Source: Eledone cirrhosa (lineage: Eukaryota). From it: DNA of 64,000 bases. The notes under the pieces are model-generated. The model did no database searches, was not told where the DNA came from, and saw nothing but the letters and a program-made list of their open reading frames with translations. The stretch is from the NCBI GenBank assembly GCA_964016885.1, contig OZ024742.1, forward strand, positions 100,006,001-100,070,000, written 5' to 3'. Position 1 is the first letter of the stretch; each line of letters starts with the position of its first letter. The position numbers were made by a program, and so were the translations under genes. This document shows positions 61,004-64,000 of the stretch, in pieces.

Positions 61004-61005
<2 letters not shown>
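60084..61005. mobile_element. Non-coding HHR-bearing element with nested inverted duplications
   Basis: 60084-60292 is inverted against 60412-60615, and 60752-61002 is inverted against ~60138-60399. HHR at 60737. TA flanks. Confidence 0.75.
60737..60779 (+). ncRNA. Minimal type I hammerhead ribozyme
   Basis: Stem I ACGATG/CATCGT, core CTGACGA, stem II AGCT/AGCT, then GAAACTAGTA (palindromic ACTAGT, GTA triplet). Confidence 0.8.
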
Positions 61006-61067
<62 letters not shown>

Positions 61068-61914
61068 CTCTCCTTCTCTGTCTCTTATATAGAAATATAA
61101 AGAGAGGGAGAGAATTTTATACTTTGGGAGAGTCAGGCTACCCATAAAAATCCATTCCAGTTGAGTTTAACGTCGGTTTTATTAATAGTCGTTACAGCTT
61201 TGGACAAACTTTAACAATATTTCTCCTGGCTATTGACGTTCTCATCCACCATAATTCTGGGGTCGATAAAATAAAGTATTAGTAACTTACTGGAGTCGAT
61301 TTCATTGATTTCGGTTCCCAATTTCTGGCCTTGTACTTAAATTAGAAATCAATACTAGACATGGAGCGAATCCATTCCTCGCGTAATTTAGAGACCAAGT
61401 GGGTATTTAATTGTCATATTTATTTCTCAAACCTCTTTCATCGCACATTGTGACCTTCTCAATGACTATTCTTACTTCTAATTTTCGTTTTATTTATCCC
61501 GTTTTTTTCGTTTTGTTTTTTTCTGAAAGACAACACACAAACTGCCCAGCGTTCAACGTTGATATAATCCTATATCTACTCAATCGGATTTATATGACTT
61601 TAGTTTCAACAAAAACAACACCCTTTCCACGCCTGCAAAAACTCACCACCTCTGCCAAGCTCCATCAACGAGTACATTGAAATCATATCTCGAAGACATT
61701 CAAGAATTTTAATGAAAATTCTCTGAAGAGGAATTAGAGAAATATGGTACAATTTACATAGAAAACATAATTTGAAACAAAAGCAGAATCTACTAATACT
61801 TCTCACAGACTTAACAATCTTTCTATCAATGTATCCTATTATTTATTTAAGTATCTATCTATTTCTGCATCTATCTAACTACCTATATATCTGTGCCTCT
61901 CTTTATCTTTATAT

Positions 61915-62555
61915 AACTCGACTGGTTCTCGTCAGAACCACCCCTCCCGCTCTTGCAACTGCAAGATTTTGAAAACAGGCAAAAATATACTTTTTTCGTC
62001 TGTGTAAAGGAGGTGGTTAATCTCATCTGCATATGAAGCTGTATACGTTGGCTCAACTTAATATAGAATAGAACCAGAATTTAGCTTCGAACATAGCTGT
62101 ATACAAATATGTATTTGAAATTCGTATTTCTAATGAAATACGGTATTTTTATAAATAAACATTTAGAAAGCCATAACTATGAAAATGATTGACAGCTTAC
62201 GCCACCATGCGGTGTCCGGCAAAGTTGAGCCAACTAATACAGCTTCATATGCAGATGAGATTAACCACCTCATTTACACAGGCGAAAAAACTATATTTTC
62301 GCCTGTTTTCAAAGTTTAGCAGTTGCAAGAGCGGGAGGGATCGTCCTGACAAGAACCAGTTGAGTTCGAAATTCATCGACGATTGTCCCCCTTGCTTCAA
62401 CCACACACCACTGGGTGGCGTTAGCTGGCAGTGCTTTTTTCTATAGCTATGGCTTTCTAAATGTTTATTTATAAACAAACCGTATTTCTTTAGAAATACA
62501 AAATTCAAAGACGTATTTGTGTACAGCTATGTTCGAAGCAAAATCCTGGTTCTAT

Positions 62556-62560
<5 letters not shown>
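61915..62560. mobile_element. Non-coding HHR-bearing element with inverted partial copies
   Basis: 61915-62060 is inverted against 62222-62367, and ~62065-62180 is inverted against 62440-62558. Confidence 0.75.
62340..62383 (+). ncRNA. Minimal type I hammerhead ribozyme (G8 mutated in this copy)
   Basis: Stem I ATCGTC/GACGAT, core CTGACAA (CTGACGA in the inverse partial copy near 61929-61935), stem II GAAC/GTTC, then GAAATTCATC. Confidence 0.7.
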
Positions 62561-62645
<85 letters not shown>

Positions 62646-62818
62646 CATAAGACGGGATTAAATCGCCACAAATGTTTATTGCATTATATATATATTTCTG
62701 TTACATGGTTATTCATGTGATTTTGTCAGATGCTTATGCAATCATTGGTGCAGCTATGCAATTATTGTGATATGCCAGGGGTCATGCACGTTTATCCACT
62801 GCGAAGTGATTTGGCATA

Positions 62819-62851
<33 letters not shown>

Positions 62852-63057
62852 GCAATTTAAGTTTTTCGAATATTAATAATAATATTCGATTCGTTTGCAA
62901 CTATACAAACAGCTTCTTTTTTTTTTTTTAGAAACATTAGTGTCTGCAGTTCTGTTTACATGCCAACACAAGAGCAAGAATGAGGAGCTCATTCTACTGA
63001 CATGGCTTTAAAAAGGAGGCAGTTTGAATAATTGCAAACGAATTGAATATCATTATC

Positions 63058-63323
63058 AGTAGAGTCTCGGACGCCATGTTTTGACGCATAGAGTTATAGT
63101 CCTTGCCATTCTGAGTTCAAATCCCGTCGAGGTTAACTTTGCCTTGGCAGTATAGGTAGAGGGTTGGACGCCATGCTTTCTAGCATAGTTACGTCCCTTT
63201 ATGGTTTGAGTTCAAATCCCGCCGAGGTTAACTTTGCCTTTCATCCTTACGGGGTCGATAAAATAAAGTACCAGTAATGCACTGAGTAATTGCTGGCTTT
63301 GTGACAAAAGTAGAAACAATTAT
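63058..63323 (+). mobile_element. SINE family 2 (partial + full) inserted into the HHR element
   Basis: Two SINE starts (63058 and ~63144) interrupt sequence that is contiguous at 63750-63770. Confidence 0.85.
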
Positions 63324-63606
63324 TAATATTCGAAAAACTCAGATTACATTTATTGTATTCAACCATGTAGAGCGATAATTTTTTTTAAAATTTGAATATG
63401 GCAAAGTCGGCCATTAATTGCTCGTATACAGGAAACTGACTGGCCTATCTGCTGATATGCAAATCTGGCTGATCAGTGATTCTGCTAATATCTAGATCTG
63501 TCTGATCAGCCAGTCTGTTAATATGCAAATCAGACCGATCAGTCACTGTATATTTTAGAAAATATCATATATTTTCACTAGCTCTGACAGCTAGCAGGTG
63601 AACAGT

Positions 63607-63654
63607 GAACTGCACTGATGAAGGGTAATACCCAGAAACATTTGTCTGCAGTTC
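63607..63654 (+). ncRNA. Type I hammerhead ribozyme
   Basis: Stem I GAACTGCA/TGCAGTTC (8 bp), core CTGATGA, stem II GGGT/ACCC, then GAAAC-ATTT-GTC. Confidence 0.82.
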
Positions 63655-64000
63655 GGTTTACATGCCAACACAAGAGCAAGAATGAGGGGTTGATTCTACT
63701 GATGTGGCTTTTAAAAAGAGGCCGTTTGCACGATTGCAAACGAATCGAATATCATTATTGATATTCGAAAAACTCAGATTACATTTATTGTATTCAGCCA
63801 TCTAGACCGATAATTTTTTTAAAAATTATTATTTATATATATATATACATAAATAATAGTCCAGAAATAGCCGTCGAAACGGCTTGAGCTCTGCCGTCGG
63901 GGTCATACATTTTCCTATATATATACAGAGAGAGAGAAAGAGAAAGAGAGGGATAGAGAGAGAGAGAGGGGGGAGAGTCAGCGGTGCGGAGAGCGGGGAG

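Larger units (their letters stand above)
62858..63830 (+). mobile_element. Retrozyme-like HHR element: partial tandem plus a short inverted fragment
   Basis: 62930-63390 (interrupted by a SINE) repeats 63635-63828 directly. 62860-62920 is an inverted fragment of the same sequence. Confidence 0.75.

Overview
AT-rich eukaryotic intergenic or intronic DNA, dense in microsatellites ((TA)n, (CATA)n, (GA)n, (GT)n, (CAC)n), with one 200-N assembly gap. No host protein-coding gene is recognisable. The SINE and repeat landscape suggests a mollusc, probably an octopus-like cephalopod (inference). The window holds: (1) one apparently intact R4/Dong-clade RLE LINE (ORF 6817-10326) and three decayed relatives; (2) a near full-length, frameshifted Tx1/L1-clade LINE and a second 3' copy; (3) Penelope-like elements (PLEs) of two GIY-YIG types, with their typical inverted terminal duplications, one forming a ~4.6 kb palindrome; (4) two tRNA-derived SINE families, mariner-type MITEs, a hAT/Charlie-type element with an intact 8-bp TSD, and an RTE fragment. 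The most notable unannotated signal is a dense set of type I hammerhead ribozyme (HHR) motifs: about 15 with a recognisable core, plus decayed ones. Some lie in PLE termini. Others lie in short non-coding, retrozyme-like elements. Three of those (60.6-63.8 kb) share an octamer / palindromic GAAA-TATA-TTTC module upstream of the ribozyme. One PLE family carries a compensatory U3-A8 core variant. All calls were made by eye; boundaries are approximate.
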